From IMG/VR virus record IMGVR_UViG_3300042516_000861, positions 1 to 60,452 of that record: a DNA stretch of 60,452 nucleotides. One strand, given 5' to 3'. The position numbers and the translations under genes were made by a program. The notes beneath the pieces were generated by a model. The model was not told the DNA's origin, searched no databases, and saw only the letters and a list, made by a program, of their open reading frames with translations. The DNA comes from a virus (Duplodnaviria; Caudoviricetes). Shown here piece after piece: positions 46,342 to 54,871 of this stretch (within the stretch, counting starts at the first letter, position 1; every line of letters starts with the position of its first letter).

Positions 46342-48456
46342 TTACATTCTCCTTATTGATAGTGATGCGATTGCTCCCACGATGACGGAGGCAACAACAA
46401 CTGTTTGTGATTCTTCGCGTTCTGTTGTGGACATATCTGCTCCGATGTTTCCTAACGCCATAAGTGCCTTTCCTGGGTCAGTAAAAATTGCCCCTACTAA
46501 TTCGGCTGGGTTTTCTACCAACTCAAGGGCATCTGCAACCTCGGCTGTGATAACGATTGGTTCTCCGCTTTCATCAACGCGGGTTTCAACTGGTGTCTCT
46601 GGAGGTAAATCTTCGTAATCAATTCCAGCCTCAGCGATTGCTGCTGCTGTTACTGGCTCGCCCTCGAACTGAGCAATAATCGCCTCAGCGACAAGACCCT
46701 TTTCTGCCTCAGTAAATTTTCCGTCCCCAGAGAGAGTTTCTGAAAGATTGTTTACTTCGTCTTGAGTAATCTCACCATCGGCTGAAAGCGCATCAATAAT
46801 TAAATCTTCTTCGGCTGCACTTAAAGCGCCACCATCGGAAAGAGTTTCAATCAACTCAGTCGCTTCGGCTTCGGTAACTTCTCCATCTTCCATCAATGAA
46901 TCAACTACCGCTTCAGCATCAGCGGGTGTAATCTGTCCATCTGCTAAAACATCGTCAATAACTTCGGAGGTTTCTAATGGTTCAGGAGACGGTTCTTCTA
47001 TTGGCGGTGGTGGCTCTGTTGGCTCTGGCTCTGGCTCGGGCGTTGGTTCTGGCGTTTCAACTGGCTCGGGCTGAGGCTCGGCTTCGGGTTCTGGAGCAGG
47101 AGTTGGTTCAGGCTCGCTCGGCAATGGTTCTGGCTCAGGCTCGGGAATGGGAGTTTCATCGGGAGTCGGGGAAGGCTCGGGAGATGGAATAGGCTCGGAC
47201 TCTGGCTCGGGTGTAGGTTCAGGTTCAACGGCAGGAGGAATAGGCGATGGCAAAGGTGTGGGTTCAGGTATGGACGGCGAAGGTTCCTGGGGCTGTTGAG
47301 GTTGAGGAGTCGGACTTGCGACAGGTTCAGGGGTTGGAGTCGCTGAAGAAGATGGTTCCGATGTTGGTGAAGGAGACGGCTCACTCGGAGTGGGCGATGG
47401 TTGCGGATTGGTCGCGGTCTCCGTTGGTGTCGGTTGAGGAGATGGTTGAGGTTCTTGAGCCGAAGGACTTGGAGACGGTTCAGGAGATGGAGAAGGAGAA
47501 GTCATATCGGGAGAAGGCGTTGGCGAAGGGCTGGGGCTGGGTTCTGGGGCTTGAGGGTCATCAGTATAAGCAAGACTGACCGCTAAAGATTTGTAAGTAC
47601 CACCGCAAGGGTCACCGAAAACATCGTTAATTGCCATGATTGTCGCAATTGCTTTACCAAAAAATACTTCGAGAACTTTCTCAACTGAATTAGGTGCATG
47701 ACATTCACCGATTGAATATCCATCTGGTGTTCCGTAACTTGCAAATATAACTGAGGTAAATATCTTTCCAATTGGAGCAGAAAGAGTTAGACCGTCTCCT
47801 TCATTCGCACTACCATTTACGCTATTAACTTGAGGGATAGGTGTTGGTGATGGAGTTTGTGATGGTTCTGGTGTTGGCGATGGGCTTGGCTCTGGGCTGG
47901 ATGTTGGGTCTGGACTCGGGGAAAAAGTCGGTTCGGGAGTCGGAGAAGGCGTACTGGTTTCGGATGGTGAAGGACTTGGAATTGGAGTTACGGTTGGAGA
48001 AGGCGAAGGTGAAGGCTCGGGCGTTGGTGCAGGAGCAGGAGAACTCACCGAGACCGTAAAGATTGGTCCGTACCATCCACCCCAAAATCCAGCATCTATG
48101 CCTGAAACAGAAATTGTTGCTTGACCCGATACCACAGCGCTGACCGTTGCAACTTCGATTGTGTTGCCACTAAAACTTTGACCATTTATTGAAACTGTCC
48201 AGTTATCAGGTATTGGCGTACAGGAACCGATGCAGTTTGCGATTGTGTTATCAATGGTGACGGTGACGGTTGAGCCATCTAAGACGGATGTTATGTAGGA
48301 GGCGCTACCGCCTCGATAATCAAATTGGATTGAACTGCCCGAGACATTGCCGTTTACCACGGATTCCCATGCGTTATCAGCCCCAGCATCATCCATGGGT
48401 AAAAGGGCTAGGAGGATGATGATGAGGAAGGCTATTCCTAAGCGCAAATACCTCAT
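46342..48456 (-). CDS. Secreted, membrane-anchored Pro-rich protein with a SUEL/Gal_lectin-like domain
   Basis: Signal peptide, PTPEPS linkers, FASYGTP...C....S...FGDPC.GTYKSL lectin signature, acidic repeats, C-terminal hydrophobic anchor. Confidence 0.7.
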   Translation of the reverse strand: MRYLRLGIAFLIIILLALLPMDDAGADNAWESVVNGNVSGSSIQFDYRGGSASYITSVLDGSTVTVTIDNTIANCIGSCTPIPDNWTVSINGQSFSGNTIEVATVSAVVSGQATISVSGIDAGFWGGWYGPIFTVSVSSPAPAPTPEPSPSPSPTVTPIPSPSPSETSTPSPTPEPTFSPSPDPTSSPEPSPSPTPEPSQTPSPTPIPQVNSVNGSANEGDGLTLSAPIGKIFTSVIFASYGTPDGYSIGECHAPNSVEKVLEVFFGKAIATIMAINDVFGDPCGGTYKSLAVSLAYTDDPQAPEPSPSPSPTPSPDMTSPSPSPEPSPSPSAQEPQPSPQPTPTETATNPQPSPTPSEPSPSPTSEPSSSATPTPEPVASPTPQPQQPQEPSPSIPEPTPLPSPIPPAVEPEPTPEPESEPIPSPEPSPTPDETPIPEPEPEPLPSEPEPTPAPEPEAEPQPEPVETPEPTPEPEPEPTEPPPPIEEPSPEPLETSEVIDDVLADGQITPADAEAVVDSLMEDGEVTEAEATELIETLSDGGALSAAEEDLIIDALSADGEITQDEVNNLSETLSGDGKFTEAEKGLVAEAIIAQFEGEPVTAAAIAEAGIDYEDLPPETPVETRVDESGEPIVITAEVADALELVENPAELVGAIFTDPGKALMALGNIGADMSTTEREESQTVVVASVIVGAIASLSIRRM

Positions 48457-48545
48457 CTGACCCCCTTATTCGGGGTCACTAGGACACGATATGTATGCCA
48501 AGTGTAGCAATGGAATAATTTATGCTATACTGGGGTTGTAAATGA

Positions 48546-48920
48546 ATGAGAGAGAGGAATCAAATGTCACAGGTCAAAATCACATGGAAGGCTTTTGGTG
48601 ATAAGCCAGAAATCGGGCGCTTCATTAGTTCTGTTGAATTCGAGACTGAATTCAAGGTTGAAGAAGCCGATGTAAACAAGTTCTTAGAGGTTGTTTACCA
48701 CAATACAAATACATACTCAGGAAACTTATGGCAGATAATCGAGCCAAAGTTATCTGCAACTCGCACTCACACATCTATCTCAGTCGGTGACGAAATCGAG
48801 ATTGACGGTCAGGTTTACATCTGCGCTGATTTTGGATTCGAGAAGATTGAGGATGTCGAAATCAAGTATTTCGGAGATTCGGTTTTTCGCGTGTCGAAGA
48901 AAGATAAGGTTAATAACTAA
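48546..48920 (+). CDS. Hypothetical early protein
   Basis: GAGAGAGG RBS; HTSISVGD motif; ACTGGGGTT box at 48529-48537. Confidence 0.65.
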   Translation: MRERNQMSQVKITWKAFGDKPEIGRFISSVEFETEFKVEEADVNKFLEVVYHNTNTYSGNLWQIIEPKLSATRTHTSISVGDEIEIDGQVYICADFGFEKIEDVEIKYFGDSVFRVSKKDKVNN

Positions 48921-48938
48921 CCCCAGTTATGATATAAT
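48910..48938 (+). promoter_or_regulatory. Promoter with AACCCCAGT box
   Basis: AACCCCAGTTATGA-TATAAT. Confidence 0.65.
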
Positions 48939-49092
48939 CAGGTTGTAACCAAGAGAGAGGATACAAAATGGCTAAGAACTGCGAGAACTGCGGCGCGACT
49001 GCTGAAGTGTACGCGATGGGTCCTTACGCTGGAGATTGGGGCGGATATTACTGCGAGCCTCACATTCCAACTGGATTCAATGTAACCGACAG

Positions 49093-49308
49093 ATTCAAGA
49101 GAGAGGAAAAATAATGTCTGAATCAAAAGTCTATGACCAAGTAGGAGCAATCATCGCCTACGAAACAGGCGAACTCAACGATGAAGGAACCATTGAACTT
49201 TTCCAGCATCTTGTTAATACTGGTCTAGCGTGGCAACTTCAAGGTCACTATGGTCGCACAGCCGCAGCGCTTATTGAGGCAGGGCTTGTTACGAAAGGCG
49301 AGAAATAA
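49093..49308 (+). CDS. Hypothetical protein
   Basis: [21 protein letters not shown]; start near MSESKV. Confidence 0.6.
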   Translation: MQERGKIMSESKVYDQVGAIIAYETGELNDEGTIELFQHLVNTGLAWQLQGHYGRTAAALIEAGLVTKGEK

Positions 49309-49465
49309 TGAATCTTATTGAAGCCAAGAAAATCGTTGGCAATCAGCCAACATGGGCGCTCAAGAATATGGTCAAGGCGCTCAAGATGCTCCCAGCGCTT
49401 AACACCGCTGAAGATGAAGTAAGACTAGAAGCCGCAAAAGTTGTACTTAGAGAAAGGAACAAAAA

Positions 49466-49957
49466 GTGAACATTCTTATACTCACACCAGATACAGAAAA
49501 GTCATCCTTTGGAGAGCGTTATTGCGTGACGGTAGATTTTAGCGACCCTCGCATTAAGGGAACTCTCACCATTGGAGCAATGGCTTCACCTACACACATT
49601 CGTTACCAGGGAGCCGTAATTATCAATGGCGTTCCATATACAGTCAGTAATAACTGCGCTGTAGATGAGCCAAAGGTTCCGCATTACGCACTTTCAAAGA
49701 GCGGAACTTGGTCAGATTACGCCAGCGCGAGCGCTACGGAGACATTCCGAAAGGCTCTTGTTGAAATTATTGCCGAGGTCCTCAAGGATACGAATTTCGT
49801 AAAAGAGCAGATTGCGACAGAATCACAATACATCGGCTATGACATTGAGCGCCTCCAGGCAAATCGTGATGCTCTTACTGCCCAGATTAAAGAAGTAGAC
49901 GATGAGATTGCTCAAAAGAAGGCTAAGCAATTGGTAAATAAAGCCCTTTTAGTGTAA
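49466..49957 (+). CDS. Hypothetical protein with C-terminal coiled coil
   Basis: ORF track; in the early operon. Confidence 0.55.
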   Translation: MNILILTPDTEKSSFGERYCVTVDFSDPRIKGTLTIGAMASPTHIRYQGAVIINGVPYTVSNNCAVDEPKVPHYALSKSGTWSDYASASATETFRKALVEIIAEVLKDTNFVKEQIATESQYIGYDIERLQANRDALTAQIKEVDDEIAQKKAKQLVNKALLV

Positions 49958-50145
49958 ACTGGGGTTAATAATAGAGAGGAAAGTTATGGACATCAACGAA
50001 GTGGAAACAAAAGAAGATTTACAAAAGTGGATTATTCAGTTTTTCCCTGATGCTGTTGTCCAACTTTCTGACAAAGGTGTAATTATCGAAACTGGAACGG
50101 ATGTCGCAATGGGCGGCTATCTTTATCCGATTAAGGAGAGAGAAG

Positions 50146-51060
50146 ATGCCTAACATGGAAGATGCAATCATTGTTCATTCACCAGAATATGCGAACTGGG
50201 TCTTTGACCATACGCACCCTACCCAGGGTCGTAGGTTTCAACTCGGGCGCAATCAGGTAATCCTTCAGGGGCAAGACCGTCATCTCAACATTGACGAATT
50301 TCTCCCAGAGGTACCTCACACCGATGACCTATTGCTATGCCACGACCCGATTTATGTCCACGATGTAACCGTCAAAGGTTTATCGGACGAATGGGAAGGC
50401 GCTCGCCATGACCTCGGTGACCTTGCAAAGTTATTCGTAGGCGGAACTCTTACGGCTCTTGATGCGCTACTAGAAGAAAAGACAAAGTTAGCCATTCACC
50501 TTCCAGGGGCTAAGCACCATGCGATGCGCGATTACTCAAGCGGTTTCTGCATCTTTGGTGATTTCGCTATCGCTGCTACCAAGGCAACTCAATTAGGTAA
50601 GCGTGTCGCTATCTTTGATTGCGATGCTCACCACGGTGACGGTACTGAGGCGCTCACAAAATCTAATCCGAATATCTTGACATTCTCTGTCCACCAATGG
50701 GGAATCTTTCCAGGCACGGGGCTTGTCTCGGACTGGGAGCGAAAGGCTTTGAACTTTCCTCTTGTTGCTGGCACTAATGATGAAGGCTTAACCGATGCGG
50801 TTCAATCCTTCTTGGATGTCTGCTTTGACTTTGAGCCAGACTTAATCTTCATCGCTTGCGGGGCTGATGGCTTAGCCGATGACCCTCTCTCGGAATTGAA
50901 TTACACCGCGGGTGGTTATGAACTCGCCATGCGTAGCATCCGAATGGCTTACCCAGACACGCCTATCCTTTTTGGGGGCGCTGGAGGCTATCTGCCAGAC
51001 GACCAGACTCCTAACCTATGGGGCAAGGCATCCCTGGCGCTGGTGGCTCCAAGGGGCTGA
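50146..51060 (+). CDS. Histone-deacetylase-family (AcuC-like) Zn hydrolase
   Basis: GAKHHA, GFC, DCDAHHGDGT, FPGTG, GADGLADDPL, GGY motifs. Confidence 0.9.
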   Translation: MPNMEDAIIVHSPEYANWVFDHTHPTQGRRFQLGRNQVILQGQDRHLNIDEFLPEVPHTDDLLLCHDPIYVHDVTVKGLSDEWEGARHDLGDLAKLFVGGTLTALDALLEEKTKLAIHLPGAKHHAMRDYSSGFCIFGDFAIAATKATQLGKRVAIFDCDAHHGDGTEALTKSNPNILTFSVHQWGIFPGTGLVSDWERKALNFPLVAGTNDEGLTDAVQSFLDVCFDFEPDLIFIACGADGLADDPLSELNYTAGGYELAMRSIRMAYPDTPILFGGAGGYLPDDQTPNLWGKASLALVAPRG

Positions 51061-51075
51061 CGGTACGCTTGAGCC

Positions 51076-51633
51076 ATGACAACAATCGTGGCTATCCAGC
51101 AAAAGGATAAAGTTATTTTTGGGGCGGACTCACAGACAACTTCCTCCAATGGTCGAACATCTAATCATCCAAAAATGGTGAAGATAACTGAGCGCGGAGA
51201 TTTCCTTATTGCTGGTTCTGGCGAATGTGCGCCTTGCGATATTGCCCAACATATCTGGATTCCACCGAAGCCAACTGCAAAAGACTTTTTAGATGTCTAC
51301 CATTTTATGATTTCTAAAGTTGTTCCTTCGCTGAAGGCTTGTTTCAAAGAGCAAGAATACAAATGGAATGAATCCGATGATGGTGAAACTAAATTTGCTT
51401 TCTTGATTGCTGTAGGTGGCGAGGTATTTGAACTCGCTGAGGATATGAGCATCTCGCTTGATGGCAAAGGTTTCTATGGCGTTGGCTCTGGCTCCAGTTA
51501 TGCCATCGGTGCGCTATCTGCTGGGGCTACGATTGAAAAGGCTTTAGAGATTTCAGCCGATAACGATGCCTACACATCTGCGCCATTCATCTATAAAACG
51601 CAGAATAAGAAAGTTGCAACTAAATCTAAATAA
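51076..51633 (+). CDS. HslV / proteasome-beta-like Ntn protease
   Basis: MTTIVA N-terminal Thr, ADSQ, GSGSSYAIGAL, D.YT. Confidence 0.8.
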   Translation: MTTIVAIQQKDKVIFGADSQTTSSNGRTSNHPKMVKITERGDFLIAGSGECAPCDIAQHIWIPPKPTAKDFLDVYHFMISKVVPSLKACFKEQEYKWNESDDGETKFAFLIAVGGEVFELAEDMSISLDGKGFYGVGSGSSYAIGALSAGATIEKALEISADNDAYTSAPFIYKTQNKKVATKSK

Positions 51634-51678
51634 GTGTATTCTAACCTCTGTTAGTTAATCTATGAGAGGAAGTACCAA

Positions 51679-51870
51679 GTGGACACAAATGAAGTAAATA
51701 AGAAATTCGAAGAAATCGTGAAGCCAAAGTCAAAGGCTGTAAAGCGCAAGCCAAAGAGAGAGCCAGCAAAGTTTCCTGAACTGCGTTACCTCTGGGGCGT
51801 TGCATTGCTGGGTAGTTTTGTTTTAACTGTTGTCGTATCACTAATCACGACAATTTTAGAATCGGTGTAA
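51679..51870 (+). CDS. Small membrane protein
   Basis: C-terminal TM; TTGCAA-17-TATTCT promoter-like element upstream. Confidence 0.55.
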   Translation: MDTNEVNKKFEEIVKPKSKAVKRKPKREPAKFPELRYLWGVALLGSFVLTVVVSLITTILESV

Positions 51871-52050
51871 GACCAGCATATTCTCGACTTCTTCGTTCTC
51901 TACCTCAACGGAAAACGATGATTGTTTTACATCGTACTGTCGGGCATGGTGAACGCAGAAATATAAATCGCCTGATAGAAAACTTGCTCGGACTTTCGCT
52001 TGCGCCCCGCACCTATCGCATCTATCGCGGGGCGTGAGTGAGGTTCGCAT
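51856..52050 (-). CDS. Small zinc-binding protein
   Basis: DRCDRCGAQA...LYFCVHH. Confidence 0.65.
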   Translation of the reverse strand: MRTSLTPRDRCDRCGAQAKVRASFLSGDLYFCVHHARQYDVKQSSFSVEVENEEVENMLVLHRF

Positions 52051-52497
52051 TTATTTCTTCTTGCTCTTATCGGTGACTGGACCGCCGACAATCCACGCTC
52101 TGCAAGTGCGAGCGCTGGCACACTTAAAATCGAAAGCCTCGCAATATCCCAACTCACCCGCATCGGTTACATCCCAGGCGTTTTCAGACGAATCGCCCTG
52201 GGCTAATCCACCCTTAATACATTCGAGCATTGCGGCTGTCTGGATGAAAGCGGCGCAGTTTCCGCATCGTTGTTTCTTAGCCTCGGCAACTGGGACATCC
52301 CACTCAGAGGCGATTTCAGACCAGAAATCCTCATTAGGCTCCGAAGGGTTTAGAGGACCGTAGTTAGCCTTCTCAATGGCTTTCTCGCGGTTCTCAAGGT
52401 TGGCTCCTACATCCTGGGTCGCTGTTGGGCATGAAGCCTTCAAGAGTGTGACGAACGCTGGCGTAAGAGACATAACCAAAGAATAGCATCCGAACAT
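52051..52497 (-). CDS. Cys-rich conserved phage protein
   Basis: CP.AT, YGPLNP, CGNCAAF, GYC...FKC...RTC.AW..GGP. Confidence 0.65.
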   Translation of the reverse strand: MFGCYSLVMSLTPAFVTLLKASCPTATQDVGANLENREKAIEKANYGPLNPSEPNEDFWSEIASEWDVPVAEAKKQRCGNCAAFIQTAAMLECIKGGLAQGDSSENAWDVTDAGELGYCEAFDFKCASARTCRAWIVGGPVTDKSKKK

Positions 52498-52514
52498 TTG
52501 TTCGAACTCATAAC

Positions 52515-52543
52515 TTGAATAACTAACCCCCGTGTGTTATACT
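52515..52543 (+). promoter_or_regulatory. Promoter with AACCCCCGT box
   Basis: TTGAAT-17-TATACT, GAGAGAGG RBS downstream. Confidence 0.7.
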
Positions 52544-52699
52544 GGATATGTAAGAGAGAGGAGTGACCATGGAAAAGTGCGTTGAGTGCGGTGTCCAGGT
52601 TGGGAAGTTTGAAGTGTTCCCAAAGGGCGTGTGCGTGAAGTGCTACGGAATCCAGTTCCAGAAAGAATGGGAAACCATCATCAAGGTCGGGAGGTTTAA

Positions 52700-53014
52700 G
52701 TGAGCGCCGTTTACAAAGACTTCGAGTGGAAAACTCAAATATCCGCTGATGAGGGAACTGTAGATAACTACCTTTTCAGAGGCGATGTAAAGCCTGTTGC
52801 GCCATCTAAGGGAGACCTTTGGAGAGCGCTTGAGTGGTTGGCTCTATACGATGCTGGAGACGATTTAGAGGTCGCCCAGAGTTTTGCCAATGTGGTTGCT
52901 TTCCTAGATAGCGCCGCGAACTCGAAAGAAAAGCGCGAGATTCTTGCTGAGGCTAAGAAGGAATATGCCAAGGCTCATGGAATAAAAGTTTCCCAAGTTA
53001 GGTTAAAGAAGTAG
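52700..53014 (+). CDS. Hypothetical protein
   Basis: ORF track; GGAGG RBS. Confidence 0.6.
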   Translation: MSAVYKDFEWKTQISADEGTVDNYLFRGDVKPVAPSKGDLWRALEWLALYDAGDDLEVAQSFANVVAFLDSAANSKEKREILAEAKKEYAKAHGIKVSQVRLKK

Positions 53015-53040
53015 GATTATCAACCCCCGTATGATATACT
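53012..53040 (+). promoter_or_regulatory. Promoter with AACCCCCGT box
   Basis: AACCCCCGTATGA-TATACT. Confidence 0.65.
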
Positions 53041-53072
53041 TATCCTGTAAGACCGAGAGAGAGGAAATACAA

Positions 53073-53480
53073 ATGTCATCAGTAATCGAGAAGGTCAAGG
53101 TCCAGCCGAAGGTGGGCGACATTCTTTACTCATCATGGGGCTACGACCAGACCAACATTGAGTTTTTCAAGGTCGTCAAGGTCAGCGAGTTTTCAGTCTG
53201 GATTCAAGAGGTTGGCTCAAAGATTGTTGAGGTAACTGGGTGGGCGCACGAAAAGGTTGTGCCATCTGATTCCTCTGAATACCAGGTAAGAAACTGGGAC
53301 GATGTTCCAGATGTCTTTGGAAATGTAAACACTTACATCACCAAGACTCACCCAATCAATCGCCACAAAGTTAAGTATTTCAGTTGGGATGGAGAAGAAA
53401 GTTACTATGTTTCTCTCAACTCTTTCTCACATGCAAAATTGTGGGATGGCAAGCCAAAAGAAGCAAGTCACACACACTAA
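53073..53480 (+). CDS. Hypothetical protein
   Basis: VGDILYSSWGYDQTNIEFF motif; start at 53073. Confidence 0.65.
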   Translation: MSSVIEKVKVQPKVGDILYSSWGYDQTNIEFFKVVKVSEFSVWIQEVGSKIVEVTGWAHEKVVPSDSSEYQVRNWDDVPDVFGNVNTYITKTHPINRHKVKYFSWDGEESYYVSLNSFSHAKLWDGKPKEASHTH

Positions 53481-53657
53481 GGAGGGGAAATGACGGTCAT
53501 CGCAGCCTGGATTGACGGATATTCTAACGCTGGCTACAAAATTAAAACCGAATCAATCAAGAACGAACTCGCATCATTGCAAAAGCGTTATCCAGAAAAA
53601 AATTACCAACTGCTCCGCCGTGGCGGTAAGTGGTTCATCGTGGAAGGGGAAAAGTAA

Positions 53658-54071
53658 ATGGGTTACACACATTATTGGACAATCAAGGACGAACTCACCC
53701 GAGAGAAATTCATCACCTGGGCTGAGGGCGTGAAGGTTATTGTCGAAACTGCGATTGAGGCGGGAATCCCGCTTGGTAACGGAATCGGCGAAGATGCTCC
53801 AGAACTTTCAGACAATGTTGTTGCCTTCAACGGTGCAGGAAACCTCGGTGTCGAGACATTCGGACTCACCATTGACGATGAGGGCTTTGACTGCTGCAAA
53901 ACTGGCGGAGCGCCTTACGATGCAGCGGTGACCGCCAGCCTCATCCATGCCAAGAAAATCTTTGGCGATGCCATTGAAATCAAATCAGATGGCAAGTGGG
54001 ATGACTGGGAAGGTGGGCGTTTGCTTTACGAAACCGTTTTCGACATCCAGCCAGAGTCGGTCCTCGCATGA
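53658..54071 (+). CDS. Hypothetical protein
   Basis: MGYTHYW...CKT...PYD...SDG pattern common in phage early regions. Confidence 0.7.
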   Translation: MGYTHYWTIKDELTREKFITWAEGVKVIVETAIEAGIPLGNGIGEDAPELSDNVVAFNGAGNLGVETFGLTIDDEGFDCCKTGGAPYDAAVTASLIHAKKIFGDAIEIKSDGKWDDWEGGRLLYETVFDIQPESVLA

Positions 54072-54289
54072 GCATTCTGGAGAAAATGCGTAAAGAGCGC
54101 CATGAGCGCTGGCTTCGTGATTGGTCAGACGGTCTTGCCTGTTGTTACTATTGCGACAAGGAATACACGGATGCCCAGGTAGTCGTGGTCAATGAGGAAA
54201 AGTCTTGCCCTCATTGCAAGAATCCAGAAAGAAAGACTTACTACTATTGCAAAGAGCATGGTAGTTCTAATGACGATTGCGAGAGATAA
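54068..54289 (+). CDS. Small Cys-rich protein
   Basis: CYYC, CPHC, CKEH. Confidence 0.55.
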   Translation: MSILEKMRKERHERWLRDWSDGLACCYYCDKEYTDAQVVVVNEEKSCPHCKNPERKTYYYCKEHGSSNDDCER

Positions 54290-54499
54290 ATGGCTGAAAA
54301 GAAGAAAGATACAAAAACAAATCTGGACACGAAAGTTTATTCCATTGAGATTAAATTAACGGTACAGGTTCTCGCTGAGAATGAGAAGGATGCCCTAGAC
54401 CGCCTGGATGCTAATGGTGGCTATGTAACAAAGCGCGAGGTAGAAATAACTAATGCTACCCCACTTAATTCATCAACTACTCTGATTTCCGTCCAATAA
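54290..54499 (+). CDS. Hypothetical protein
   Basis: ORF track; coupled to the upstream gene. Confidence 0.5.
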   Translation: MAEKKKDTKTNLDTKVYSIEIKLTVQVLAENEKDALDRLDANGGYVTKREVEITNATPLNSSTTLISVQ

Positions 54500-54871
54500 A
54501 TAAGTCCGTGTAGATTCCATCAAATTATCAACTGTGACTAAATATCCTCTTGATTGGTTTGGTGGAATCTCGCAATTTATCTGTCTGCCAAATTTAATAC
54601 AGGCATCTTTCAGAACTACCGTAGGGACGATGAGAACTGTTCCTTCTAGGTTAAACGCCCAATGCGATGCCTGGGTAGACGATAAGCCCGATGGATACCA
54701 GCCCTCGGTATTATTCGACCAGCAATAAATCTCAATGTATAAATTGCCTGTTTCTTTCCAGCGCCTATCGGTTTTTACTTCAACTGTTTCAATGAGATGA
54801 GCGACCATCTGCTCACCCGCTTGACCAAAACGAAAGTCTAAATCCCAATCGGAGTTTTTCATAATGTCCAC
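54473..54871 (-). CDS. PD-(D/E)XK nuclease-like protein
   Basis: GQAGE...VEVKTD...TGNLYIE...PSGL. Confidence 0.65.
   Translation of the reverse strand: MDIMKNSDWDLDFRFGQAGEQMVAHLIETVEVKTDRRWKETGNLYIEIYCWSNNTEGWYPSGLSSTQASHWAFNLEGTVLIVPTVVLKDACIKFGRQINCEIPPNQSRGYLVTVDNLMESTRTYLLDGNQSS

Noticed and set aside
46977-48085. Alternative-frame ORFs over the Pro-rich region
   Set aside because: By-products of low-complexity Pro/Glu/Ser codons
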